Positions 8,920 to 18,390 of a stretch of 35,087 bases of DNA are shown in pieces; within the stretch, counting starts at the first letter, position 1, and every line of letters starts with the position of its first letter. The translations under genes and the position numbers were made by a program. The DNA comes from Candidatus Bathyarchaeia archaeon (GTDB lineage: Archaea; Thermoproteota; Bathyarchaeia; Bathyarchaeales; Bathycorpusculaceae): contig JBEKHN010000020.1 of assembly GCA_050012255.1 (NCBI GenBank), positions 1 to 35,087 of the forward strand. The letters run 5' to 3'. Under the pieces are notes generated by a model. It was not told the DNA's origin and searched no databases. It saw nothing but the letters and a program-made list of their open reading frames with translations.

Positions 8920-8949
8920 ACTTTCATCAACCGAGGATTTCACAGAACC
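8904..8949 (+). repeat. 46-bp bipartite module, copy 2 (TTTCA variant)
   Basis: CCGATTTTTCACA-N21-TTTCACAGAACC. Confidence 0.75.
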
Positions 8950-9018
8950 GAGTTGCGTTGCGTTTAAATAGATGGTGCTTCACGTATAGAGTGAATAAGT
9001 TTCCAAAAGGGAAACAAA

Positions 9019-9429
9019 ATGTCTTCGGATCAACGAGCTCAAATACTTGAAGCCGTAGCGTCGACCACCAGCGGCGTCAGAGACTTAACTAGGACACTAA
9101 AATGGAAAACATCGAACGTCATCGGCCTATTAAGAAAGATGCGCGAAGAGCAGCTCATCGAGTTCAAACAAGTTGCAGGTTCGAAGCGAGGTAGACCCCG
9201 AAAGAGCGTAACGTGCACGCCTCTGGGCTTCGAGTTCCTTGAAACCTACAGAAAACTAAGAACCAAACCGCTCAGAGCGAGAAGAGAAGACCTAGACCGC
9301 GCAGCGAAAGACGCAGCATACGCCAGCAGACTCGTTGCAAACGGTCATTCACCCTTCCAAATCTTCATGGAGCTGAACACGATTGCCCGCAATATTAAGG
9401 TCTCTTCACAGACTTCTGAAACTGTTTGA
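9019..9429 (+). CDS. wHTH protein, probable antitoxin/regulator
   Basis: 'VRDLTRTLKWKTSNVIGLLRKM...KRGRPRK...TPLG'; overlaps the downstream NTase gene. Confidence 0.75.
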   Translation: MSSDQRAQILEAVASTTSGVRDLTRTLKWKTSNVIGLLRKMREEQLIEFKQVAGSKRGRPRKSVTCTPLGFEFLETYRKLRTKPLRARREDLDRAAKDAAYASRLVANGHSPFQIFMELNTIARNIKVSSQTSETV

Positions 9430-9925
9430 AGACAAAAAAGTCCCCTACATGATAATCAGGGGCTACGCTCTTCCCTTCTACGGAAGAATCCGAACAACAG
9501 TCGACGTTGACCTGGCCGTGGCAATCAAAACCGGCGAAGAACTAAACCAGCTGCTTGATCTGCTACAATCAGCAGATTTTGACCCAACTATCAAGTCCCC
9601 AAATAACCCTCTGATCCTTGTTGTGGACCGAAAAGAGAAAGTAGAAATAGAACTATGGTTGAAGCCTGACGGCATTATCTTTGACGATGAAACCCTCAGA
9701 AGAAGACAGAAAGTCAAACTGGATGCGAACACTCGGGCGTGGGTTGTCTCCGCAGAGGATTTCATAGTTAACAAGCTGGCCAGACCCGACAGAGGAGTGA
9801 CTGACGAACAAGACGTAAAAAGCGTGCTGGTCAGACAAGAAAACAAACTGGATAAACAGTACCTTGAGAGAAGAGCCAAAGAAGCCGGAGTACTCGCGAT
9901 CCTGCAGACCATCGAGGCTTTGTGA
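9383..9925 (+). CDS. Nucleotidyltransferase (DUF6036/AbiEii-like)
   Basis: 'YMIIRGYAL...GRIRTTVDVD', 'SAEDFIVNKL...R..DEQDV'. Confidence 0.8.
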   Translation: MPAILRSLHRLLKLFEDKKVPYMIIRGYALPFYGRIRTTVDVDLAVAIKTGEELNQLLDLLQSADFDPTIKSPNNPLILVVDRKEKVEIELWLKPDGIIFDDETLRRRQKVKLDANTRAWVVSAEDFIVNKLARPDRGVTDEQDVKSVLVRQENKLDKQYLERRAKEAGVLAILQTIEAL

Positions 9926-10203
9926 AAAACGACTGCACTAGACAATGGTTGACGCAAACCAGTACTCTGAGAGCCTGTGCCAAGAATATTGATGCGCTTT
10001 TTACAGGTAGAGCGCGAACGTGAGAGAAGGAATAAGGAAGATAACCAGTTTTGGATAGAAAAGTTGTAGAAGAATTCCTCTTGGAAGAAATAAAGAACGC
10101 TGGAACACGTATTCCCAAAGGGATCGGAAAGAAAGAATCGGCGCCCGCCAGAACTGACTAAGACAACACTCTGCCATGCGAAAAAACGCGGCGGAGGTAT
10201 GTC

Positions 10204-10290
10204 ATGAGCCAAGACTCCCTAGAAGAGAACAGCAAAGTGAAGATTACTGATAAATTCATAGAGGATTTGAAGAAACTCAAGAATCCATAA
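10204..10290 (+). pseudogene. Truncated RelE/ParE-like toxin remnant
   Basis: GGAGGT RBS then MSQDSLEENSKVKITDKFIEDLKKLKNP*, resembling the RelE-fold N-terminus. Confidence 0.45.
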
Positions 10291-10311
10291 CGTTTACACG
10301 AAGGAACTGTC

Positions 10312-11106
10312 TTACGTCCGCTCTCCATACAAAACCAAGTGTCTTGACAACCCTTTAACTGAAGGTTCCTTGCTCAATCCCAGCAGCATCTCAGTCACCT
10401 GTTTAAAGAACTTTTCATCCCAGCTGCGAGATTCCTGAATTTCTTTGGGAATAGACAGTAAATCCAACATACCGCAAACAGCGTAGATCTCAATAACCTT
10501 AACCCCTTCCTTCTCAAAGAACTCTCTTGCCTCTTCCATGCTAACAGCCTTGTATCTCTCTTCTTCATCATAGACGTAACTCGATTTTGATTTAACTAAG
10601 GCAAGGGCAGAATCTGGGTCCTCGCAAAACTTACTGATGGCAGCGCCGAACCTATTCATCAGAAACATCGAAATCTTTCCCCCCTTCTTCGTCACTCGTA
10701 TGAGTTCTTTCGCGGCATCAATCTTTCCGTCCCAGCAGAGGACAAAATCAAAACTCTCGTCAGCAAAACGAAGCTTGCAGACATCACATTCCAAGATCTC
10801 CACTCTGTCTGAGACTCCCTCCCTGCGCATTTTTCGCTTCGCCACACTTAGCATCCCGGGAGAAATGTCACACAGAGTAACTGAGTACCCCATCTTCGCC
10901 AAAGGAAGCGTCATTCTCCCCGTGCCACCGGCGGCATCCAAAATCCTCGCGCTTTTGTCTTTTGGAAGATGTGCTCCCAGCAGCTCCCAGTCAACATGAT
11001 GTTCAACAGCACCATGGAACCTCTCATACCATTCATCATATCTCTCAGCATGCTCGTCCCATCTCTTTCTCTTGCTTTCAATCTCTCCAGACCCATTATC
11101 CAACAT
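10312..11106 (-). CDS. Class I SAM-dependent methyltransferase
   Basis: ILDAAGGTG, CDISPGML, FADESFDFV motifs. Confidence 0.9.
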   Translation of the reverse strand: MLDNGSGEIESKRKRWDEHAERYDEWYERFHGAVEHHVDWELLGAHLPKDKSARILDAAGGTGRMTLPLAKMGYSVTLCDISPGMLSVAKRKMRREGVSDRVEILECDVCKLRFADESFDFVLCWDGKIDAAKELIRVTKKGGKISMFLMNRFGAAISKFCEDPDSALALVKSKSSYVYDEEERYKAVSMEEAREFFEKEGVKVIEIYAVCGMLDLLSIPKEIQESRSWDEKFFKQVTEMLLGLSKEPSVKGLSRHLVLYGERT

Positions 11107-11197
11107 TTCTCTGCGTACCTAACCATTCCTTTTCCTGGATTCACTACTATCAAAAGTATAGTATTTAAATTACAAAGTTCATAGTCGCATACTTGAT

Positions 11198-11668
11198 ATG
11201 CAGAAGGTAAGTAATGTGAACAACAAAAGCGATAGCGCTTGTTTCTGTCCTCTGGAAAGTTTCATAAACACTATTGGCAGAAAATGGACCGTTCTTATTA
11301 TCAACGCAATTGATATTTACGGAAGGTTAAGGTTCAACAGACTTATGAAAGAGTTGGGCGGTATCAGCCCAAGAACCCTTTCGGACAGGCTTAAAGAGCT
11401 GCAAGCAGAAGGCTTGATCGAAAGAGAATTCTTTGCTGAAATACCTCTGCGCGTTGAATACTCGCTCACAAAAGACGGTGTTGAACTTAGAGAATCGATT
11501 GTACCTCTTCTAGAATGGGCTGTGAGAAGAAATGTCGCAAGCGGTCGCACCGTTGACTGTGAATGTGAGGAATGCAAGAGCAGGTTCAGATCACAAACCA
11601 TGAGTTATACAAAAGTACCTGCAACCAAAAAAGGAATTGGCGGGAGACGTCGCCGCTTAGCCACATAG
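11198..11668 (+). CDS. HxlR-family transcriptional regulator
   Basis: CPLE...IGRKW...RFNRL...ISPRTLSDRLKEL...RVEYSLT; divergent from the methyltransferase. Confidence 0.92.
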   Translation: MQKVSNVNNKSDSACFCPLESFINTIGRKWTVLIINAIDIYGRLRFNRLMKELGGISPRTLSDRLKELQAEGLIEREFFAEIPLRVEYSLTKDGVELRESIVPLLEWAVRRNVASGRTVDCECEECKSRFRSQTMSYTKVPATKKGIGGRRRRLAT

Positions 11669-11748
11669 GGCGCTTAGGCGTTAGCACGCGATTTTAGTCT
11701 GCTGCTCCTAAGAAATCTTATATCCTGAGCGGAACCAGACCTCACATC

Positions 11749-12585
11749 ATGGGCCAAAACGAAAACACAAGGGAGACTGTTCTAAAAGCCTCTCGCGCTT
11801 ACTACACTCACCTAGCCTACTACGAAGACCTACTGGCTCAGCGACAGCGACGAGCCGCTGAGACCACAAAACGTCAGCTCGACTTCCTTGAATCTGCCTT
11901 CCGCGCATACGCAACCCATCAAGTCAGAGAAGTACTCGATGTTGCGTGTGGAAACGGCCGACACGTAATCGGGTTGGCGCACCGCCACTACCAATGCACT
12001 GGACAAGACTACACCCCTGAACGAGTTCAAATAGCCAAAGTCAGAGCTAAACGCGAAGGTGTCTCCGTCAAACTGTTGCAGGGTGACGCCACGAGACTAG
12101 AGCATCAGAATGAGTTTGACGCAGTGCTCGCACTCTACATACTCTTCCTCCTCCCAGACGATGATGATGTTGTGAAGACTCTGCGCCAGATCTACCGCGC
12201 CCTAAGGTCAGGCGGCGTACTAGTCTGCAACATCTACAATCCTTTGTATGAGGGTAAGGGCTGGTTCTCAGACGTGATCCATAAAGGGTTTCATGTTGAA
12301 GAATCCCACGCTCGTGGCATACGCATCACAACTATCTGTCGACTCCAAGACTTTGAACCGATCCGTGGTGTGGCTTGGGATCAGGAGACGAGCATAATCG
12401 AGGCTCCCGACGGCACACATGTTTTCCGAGACCGCGAACGCTCGCGGCTCTTCACCTACTGGGACATCCTCCACTACCTTCAGGCAACCGGCTTCAAAGA
12501 GATCCACTGCTACCCCGACTGGAAGATAAAGCCGCCTAAAAAACCCAAGGCGGAAGAATTAGTATTCGTCTCCCGAAAAGACTAG
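11749..12585 (+). CDS. Class I SAM-dependent methyltransferase
   Basis: VLDVACGNGRH, GDAT, LRSGGVLV. Confidence 0.9.
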   Translation: MGQNENTRETVLKASRAYYTHLAYYEDLLAQRQRRAAETTKRQLDFLESAFRAYATHQVREVLDVACGNGRHVIGLAHRHYQCTGQDYTPERVQIAKVRAKREGVSVKLLQGDATRLEHQNEFDAVLALYILFLLPDDDDVVKTLRQIYRALRSGGVLVCNIYNPLYEGKGWFSDVIHKGFHVEESHARGIRITTICRLQDFEPIRGVAWDQETSIIEAPDGTHVFRDRERSRLFTYWDILHYLQATGFKEIHCYPDWKIKPPKKPKAEELVFVSRKD

Positions 12586-12617
12586 GCCAGATCATTCCTC
12601 TGAACCATAAGTAGGCG

Positions 12618-12821
12618 TTGACTCGGGTGCGTGCACACGGAGTTCCCCTTTCCCTCGTGGCTGCGGCCTTAACTGCCTTGATAACCGCGCTGGTCATCTT
12701 CTATGCTTATCACGATTGGACCCTCGTTGCCGTAAGCCTATTCCTGCTCATAGTTCTTGTCTTCTCGTTAAGAATCATTTGGCTGATTGACACTTTCAGA
12801 CGAAGAAGACCAAAATCGTAA
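12618..12821 (+). CDS. Small two-TM membrane protein
   Basis: Two hydrophobic segments and a basic tail RRRRPK. Confidence 0.6.
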   Translation: MTRVRAHGVPLSLVAAALTALITALVIFYAYHDWTLVAVSLFLLIVLVFSLRIIWLIDTFRRRRPKS

Positions 12822-13072
12822 ATCCATCGACCAACAGGCGCAACTTCTTTCCAGAGATATGTGTGAGATAATTACGCATTCTACCCAGAAAGAGTGTGAC
12901 GTTAAACGGGAATACATCAGGTTTGTATGTCATTACATGGAACGTACGCGCGCGAGGCAATCGCGAATATGAGCCTTATGAAAGATTGGAGATTTCTCCC
13001 GCAGATTCCTTCTTTGTTTCTTCCTCAAAGAACCAACTGCCAAAGCGATTGCAGAGTGATTGTTCCATCCTC

Positions 13073-13336
13073 TTATTCATAGGCTCTTTCTCTTGGCCCG
13101 ATGTAGTGAATGAGTACTACCCTTTCGTTCCAAGAGACTTGGTAAACGATTCTCAAGTCTCCCATTCTGATCCTATAAGTGCTTTCATAGCCCCTCAATT
13201 TGCAGACATCGGCTTTCCTGTATGGAATCGGGTCTTTTTTCAGAATCATAATCATTGTTGCTATTCTTTGTTTTTGCTTTTTGTCCAGTTTCTCTACGTT
13301 TCTTAGGGCTTTCCTCTTTATGCTAACGGCGAACAT
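13073..13336 (-). CDS. RelE/ParE-family toxin
   Basis: 'KLRGYESTYRIRMGDLRIVY...IGPRERAY'. Confidence 0.92.
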   Translation of the reverse strand: MFAVSIKRKALRNVEKLDKKQKQRIATMIMILKKDPIPYRKADVCKLRGYESTYRIRMGDLRIVYQVSWNERVVLIHYIGPRERAYE

Positions 13337-13517
13337 GTGTCTTGCCCAGAGCCTTCATCATTTCTCTTTCGTCAGCAATTTCACCTTTTTCTTCGATTGC
13401 CCTCTTTTCTTCGCTTGTGGGCTCTTCGACTGGTATCAGTTTCTCCACCAGCTCCTTGTAGAGAATCCTCAGTTCTTTCAGCTCTTTCTTAATGTCCTTC
13501 AACACTTCAACGCTCAC
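13323..13517 (-). CDS. Cognate antitoxin
   Basis: Acidic 'LIPVEEPTSEEKRAIE'; overlaps the toxin start; probable GTG start at 13517 (ORF track starts at 13574). Confidence 0.8.
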   Translation of the reverse strand: MSVEVLKDIKKELKELRILYKELVEKLIPVEEPTSEEKRAIEEKGEIADEREMMKALGKTHVRR

Positions 13518-13733
13518 AATCGAGCCTCGCAATCGTTTATGCAGACTCGCGTTTATATTTGTTATGAACATCATTTTGAAGGCCTCGTTTTCCCCGTACT
13601 AGCAGGAGTCGAGCATTCAATTCCATGGAACGATCACCCGCCATCCCCTTTCTCTTTCTATCTCATTAATATCTCCCGCAAACCTCTGTTTTTGTTTTGA
13701 AAGTTTTCATTCTTTCGATTGCTGTTTGAATTC

Positions 13734-14660
13734 TTATGAGGAATTTCTCGGATGTGCTTTAAGGTATTCGCTTAACGCCTTTTTTGTTATGACCCAGTTT
13801 CTGCGGAGTTTGAAGGCTCCTATGCTGCCCTTTCGGGCCAATAGGCTCAAGTATTCTTGTGTGAAGGGCGTGAGTTTGCTCGCTTCGGCCAGAGTCAGTA
13901 TTTCTGCTTCTTTTTCAAACGCAAGAAGGTAGATGTCAAGCGACCTCTCAACACAGGTGGCCACGAAATTTGCGAAAGGAATCAGATTTCCGCTATCTGC
14001 TTCGCTTAATGCTCTCAAATATTTCGGTCGATCTACTTTAAGGAGGACCGTAAACGGATACCCGGTTCTCAATAGAACGACATTCATTAGAAGCCTTGCA
14101 GTTCTGCCATTTCCGTCCAGAAAAGGATGTATGTAGACAAACCTGTGGTGGAAAAAAGCCGCCAGTTCAATCGGCCTTAATTCGTCTGGGTTTTGGCTAA
14201 GCGTCTTCAGAAGCTCGCTCATCATCGATTGGATTTCTTCCGCCGAGGGCGGCATGAAAGTCGCACCCGCAACCCTAACTTGACCACTTCTATACTTGCC
14301 CGCGTTTTGATCATCTATGCCACGCAGGAGAAGTTCATGCACCCTCAAAACATCGTCTTGCCTGATTGATGTTTTCTTTCGAGCGAGCTTCTCCACATAG
14401 TCAATGGCATCCGGATGGTTTCTCGCCTCCAAATGTTCTCTCAGACTTTTTCCACGAACCGTTATTCCCTCTTGAATGACAAGTTGAGTTTCTCTGAGCG
14501 AAAGAGTGTTGCCCTCGATGGCATTAGAGTTGTACGCAAACTCGATTTGCATCTGTTCCCACAGCTTTTTGACAAGCTGAGAAGGCAGGGGGCGAAGTTT
14601 GTCCAGAGCTCTCTTTTTCGAAAATATCCGTGCGTATATCTTAGGTTTCACCATCTGCAT
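13734..14660 (-). CDS. Fic-family protein (class II-like) with C-terminal HTH
   Basis: HPFLDGNGRTAR active site; SNAIEGN inhibitory motif; 'LTLAEASK...QEYLSLLARKG' HTH. Confidence 0.93.
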   Translation of the reverse strand: MQMVKPKIYARIFSKKRALDKLRPLPSQLVKKLWEQMQIEFAYNSNAIEGNTLSLRETQLVIQEGITVRGKSLREHLEARNHPDAIDYVEKLARKKTSIRQDDVLRVHELLLRGIDDQNAGKYRSGQVRVAGATFMPPSAEEIQSMMSELLKTLSQNPDELRPIELAAFFHHRFVYIHPFLDGNGRTARLLMNVVLLRTGYPFTVLLKVDRPKYLRALSEADSGNLIPFANFVATCVERSLDIYLLAFEKEAEILTLAEASKLTPFTQEYLSLLARKGSIGAFKLRRNWVITKKALSEYLKAHPRNSS

Positions 14661-14921
14661 GATGACATTTCCACGATCCCTCTAGGGATTAACCGATATA
14701 AAACAGTATCGTATAGACAAGTTAGTTTCACATCCGATATGTTTTCTCGACCCTTACGAATACTTGTAGCCATGCCTCCGTTCTTCTAGACGTTCAAACA
14801 GTCCATTTGGCCCTTTGGAGTTGACGCTTATTAAGGACAAACTTACCCCTCGAGCACCCACTTTGTAAGCATCAGTTTTGACAGTAAGGAACGAATGCGG
14901 TTTTTATTGGAAACGGTTTTT

Positions 14922-17789
14922 TCAAGAAGAGGCGGCGATGTCTCCCAAACAACGAAACTGGATTGCTGAGTTCTTTTTTTCTTGTCCAAGAATCAGCGTC
15001 CAAGCTTGGTTAAGAAGACTCTTAAAGCCTAGCTTTAGCCTTTCAGACGTGAAATCGGCTCTTCGCCTTTTTATTCTTGGAAAAATCGCCCCGAAGATTG
15101 TTGACACGAGCAGCATACAAATCAGGACCGGCACAGTGAACTCTGGAACGGCCTCGGTAGCCATGATACGCACGCTATGCGTCCCGGATTGGACGACTAG
15201 ATATGCGGATGTGCCGGTGCTTCCCTGAAAAACAACAGGGGTTACGGGAGATCCATCCACGTACGCGGCAAGCGTTCCACCCAAGAGGACTGATGGAAAC
15301 GTTGCGTTGACATAGGAGGACGTCGGGGACGAAATGTTCACGTTGATGCTTTTAGTCGAAAGCGAGAACTCTAACGTGGAGGTGCTCGAGTTCGTTTCCA
15401 GACTCGCAGTGAAAGACTGGGTTCCCGCCTGAATGTTGTAGTGCTCGGTTCTCGGCACGAACGACGGGGCGGTGCCAACGCCAAACCTCAGCAGCCTACC
15501 AGAGAACTTGAACTCGCCCACCCACAGGTAGTTTCCGTCAAACGCGATGCCAGCGGGCCAGAACAGCCGATCATTCCCTATTTCCGGGTCGTTTCTGCAG
15601 GTATCCGTGTCGCCAGTGCAGCCCAAGACCACATCGGCGCTTGAGCCGTTCATCGCACTCGTGATGCTGTTCCACACCAGAACACGGTTGAAGCACGTGT
15701 CTGCGACGAAGAGACGCCCCTGAGCGACGATAGCATCCTCGGGCAGGTTGAACATTCCGTAGTTCCAAAGGGTCACGGGTTGCGATTCCGCAGTGAGGTT
15801 TGAAAGGTCGTATATCCTGATCGACCCTCCTGGGTTGCTATAGGTCGTTGCGACGACCAAATGCTCCCCGTCGCTGGAGAGCCTTGTAGGCCCGTCTGTG
15901 GACAGGACAAACGCCGGGTTCACGCTGCCGTTCATAGGAATGCCGTTCCAAACGTAGATCTTCCCAGCCGCCGCATCGGCCAAGTAGAAGTGGTCCGCAT
16001 CCTCCGCAACGCCCTCCAGCTCTTGGAAGGTCACGTTGCCTATAACTCCTGAGAAACAAATGTCGGGGGGCTGCCCGAATGGCAGTTCAGTCCAGATGTA
16101 GACTTTCTGGGCTCCGGCGAGGACCAGCGTCCCGTTGTACAGGGAGATGGCCCAGGGTGGAAAACCCGGAGACCCGGCGGCCTGAAAGTCGTAGACAACG
16201 TCGGGGTGGGCGTTGGACTGGTCCGGAAGGCGCCTGTACACGTACAGCTTGCTGTCGAAATCCGAGGCAACAAACAGGCTTTTGCCATCCGTTGCTGGAA
16301 CTGGGTTCGTGAAGAAGTAGTTGGCGGCGAGGGTGTTGACGGATAGATCAGGGGCGCCGATCACGAAGTCCGGCGAAGCGTCCGCGCTTATCGGAATGCT
16401 GTTGAACACGACTATCTTGTTGGGGTTGCACAGTTCAAGGAAGAGGCACGTGCCCACGACGGCAACATCGGAGCCAATCCCCCCGCCGAAACTCGTGTCC
16501 CCCGCCCCGTTAATTGTCACATCCGGCGTGACGCTGTCATTCTGCGGGAACAAGTCGAAGATGTAGAGGGCCTCTCCGAGCAGAATGGTCCGCCCGTCAG
16601 GGAGGATGACGCCGCACGCACAATTGAACCCGGCCACCGCCCCCCACGCGGAAGAGGCAGGCGCAAAGTAACTGTATGGCTGGTCGTTCTCGGTTGGGAA
16701 AGTGTTCCAGACGAACGTCCCGGTAACGTCTGGCGATGAAACCTTGGCGTTATGGTCGCCGACCATCAAATGCGCACCGTCGCTGGTTATCATTCTGGGC
16801 GTCCCGAACTTTCCTGATGCGGTGAGGTAGATGTCGGCGGATTGGTTGTTTTGGGTGGGGAAGGTGTTCCAGACCAGGACGAGACCCCCGCCTGTGCTGG
16901 ACACGACCAGCTTCGTCCCATCGGTCCAGACGCCCCAGGGCCAGCTGATGTCGGCAAGTTTGTTTTGGTCTCCTTGGCCGACCAGCTCTAGATCCGCCGG
17001 CTGGCCGTTCTCAGTAGGAAAGGTGTTCCAGATCAGGATGCGGTTGTTGTAGGAATCGGCCACAACCACCTTTCCCCCGCTGATCGAGACTTGGCTGGGC
17101 CAGTTCAATCCGTCAAGCCCGTGCCCAGGGTTGTTGGCGTAGAAGTTTTTCTGACCGAGGACTAGGTCGGGCGGAGAGTTGGATGTGGGAATCGTGTTCC
17201 ACACGAGTATCCTGTTGTTGTCCCTATCAGCAACCAGGAGATGGTGTCCATCGGTGGCTATCCCAGCGGGATGGTTGAAAAGCAGAGGTCCCCCTGTATT
17301 GTTGAAATCGATTCCTGACAACATTACCTCCGCCGACTGGCCTGTAGATAACCACCCGCTTCGGTCGGACGGTGCTATCCTATACGTGGTGTTCACGAAG
17401 TTTACGCTTATGATCTGGGCCGTGGGGATGAATGTTGGTCGCAATAGATGGTTCGTATCCATTGTCACGTTGACCGGGTTCTGCGTGCAGTTCCAAGCGT
17501 CGAAGAACCAGTGGTCGAAACAGTAACCTGATGCGGCGTACGCGGTAACACATACCTGAGTGTTCGATGGATACTCGTGGTTTCCGGCAGGGGGGTCGGT
17601 GGTGCCGCCCGTGGATGCCTCGATCGTGAGCGTGTAGTTCGTAGGCGATCCTTCGGTGGAAGAGAATTGAGGTGAACCATTCACGTTCATGACGATAGGG
17701 TGCAGAAATGATATTACCGAAAGAGAGCCAAAGATCAAGATAGCTATCATGCAGCAAGAAAACCGGCGTTCCATTTCTGCCACATCCAC
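14922..17789 (-). CDS. Secreted NHL-repeat beta-propeller surface protein with PEF-type C-terminal anchor
   Basis: Signal/TM N-terminus; InlB-B-like repeat (YTLTIEASTGGTTDP); repeated VADxxNNRILVWN; VPEF-TM-KRRR. Confidence 0.85.
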   Translation of the reverse strand: MDVAEMERRFSCCMIAILIFGSLSVISFLHPIVMNVNGSPQFSSTEGSPTNYTLTIEASTGGTTDPPAGNHEYPSNTQVCVTAYAASGYCFDHWFFDAWNCTQNPVNVTMDTNHLLRPTFIPTAQIISVNFVNTTYRIAPSDRSGWLSTGQSAEVMLSGIDFNNTGGPLLFNHPAGIATDGHHLLVADRDNNRILVWNTIPTSNSPPDLVLGQKNFYANNPGHGLDGLNWPSQVSISGGKVVVADSYNNRILIWNTFPTENGQPADLELVGQGDQNKLADISWPWGVWTDGTKLVVSSTGGGLVLVWNTFPTQNNQSADIYLTASGKFGTPRMITSDGAHLMVGDHNAKVSSPDVTGTFVWNTFPTENDQPYSYFAPASSAWGAVAGFNCACGVILPDGRTILLGEALYIFDLFPQNDSVTPDVTINGAGDTSFGGGIGSDVAVVGTCLFLELCNPNKIVVFNSIPISADASPDFVIGAPDLSVNTLAANYFFTNPVPATDGKSLFVASDFDSKLYVYRRLPDQSNAHPDVVYDFQAAGSPGFPPWAISLYNGTLVLAGAQKVYIWTELPFGQPPDICFSGVIGNVTFQELEGVAEDADHFYLADAAAGKIYVWNGIPMNGSVNPAFVLSTDGPTRLSSDGEHLVVATTYSNPGGSIRIYDLSNLTAESQPVTLWNYGMFNLPEDAIVAQGRLFVADTCFNRVLVWNSITSAMNGSSADVVLGCTGDTDTCRNDPEIGNDRLFWPAGIAFDGNYLWVGEFKFSGRLLRFGVGTAPSFVPRTEHYNIQAGTQSFTASLETNSSTSTLEFSLSTKSINVNISSPTSSYVNATFPSVLLGGTLAAYVDGSPVTPVVFQGSTGTSAYLVVQSGTHSVRIMATEAVPEFTVPVLICMLLVSTIFGAIFPRIKRRRADFTSERLKLGFKSLLNQAWTLILGQEKKNSAIQFRCLGDIAASS

Positions 17790-18065
17790 ACACTTTCACC
17801 CCTCAGATAAAGCATTTAAGAATTCAGAATCAAGATTTCGAGTCGAGATCAAACTCAATTTCCGTGTTCTCCCGCAAAATCCGATTTTTCTTTTCCAGAT
17901 GCGAACAATCAATGGAAGATATGTGATTGCGAGATTTTGTCGATTCGTTCTACTTTTTCTTCCTCCTGGTTTTTCATCGCGTTTGCTCTGCGCGCTAGGT
18001 GTATGCTCTGTTTAGCGGAAAGTCTTAAATTCGATCAACTTGAATAAGGAAAACAGGTCACAAAC

Positions 18066-18329
18066 ATGAAGCCATACGGAATCGGACTCATCATAATATT
18101 GATTTCGTTCGTGATGGGCACATATTCAGCCTACGTATCCTACAACTATTTTGCGAACCCCCCGACCGCTCTTGACGTAGCGGCAAGGTTAGACGAATTA
18201 AAGACGGCAAGCCTGGTTGGACTAATCTCTTCAATAATAGCAATAATAGGCATACTGATATTTCTATTTGAATTCATGAAACACGAACACGGAACTTCAC
18301 CGACAAGAGTTTCACCGCCGCCTCCATAA
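18066..18329 (+). CDS. Small two-TM membrane protein
   Basis: Two hydrophobic helices, ATG start. Confidence 0.7.
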   Translation: MKPYGIGLIIILISFVMGTYSAYVSYNYFANPPTALDVAARLDELKTASLVGLISSIIAIIGILIFLFEFMKHEHGTSPTRVSPPPP

Positions 18330-18390
18330 AACACTGACCAGCAACACTGCCTACTTACGCAGAGCGCACTGTTGGAAACGCCACGTGATG

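Noticed and set aside
9478-10212. 244-aa minus-strand ORF
   Set aside because: Antisense shadow of the NTase gene with no motifs
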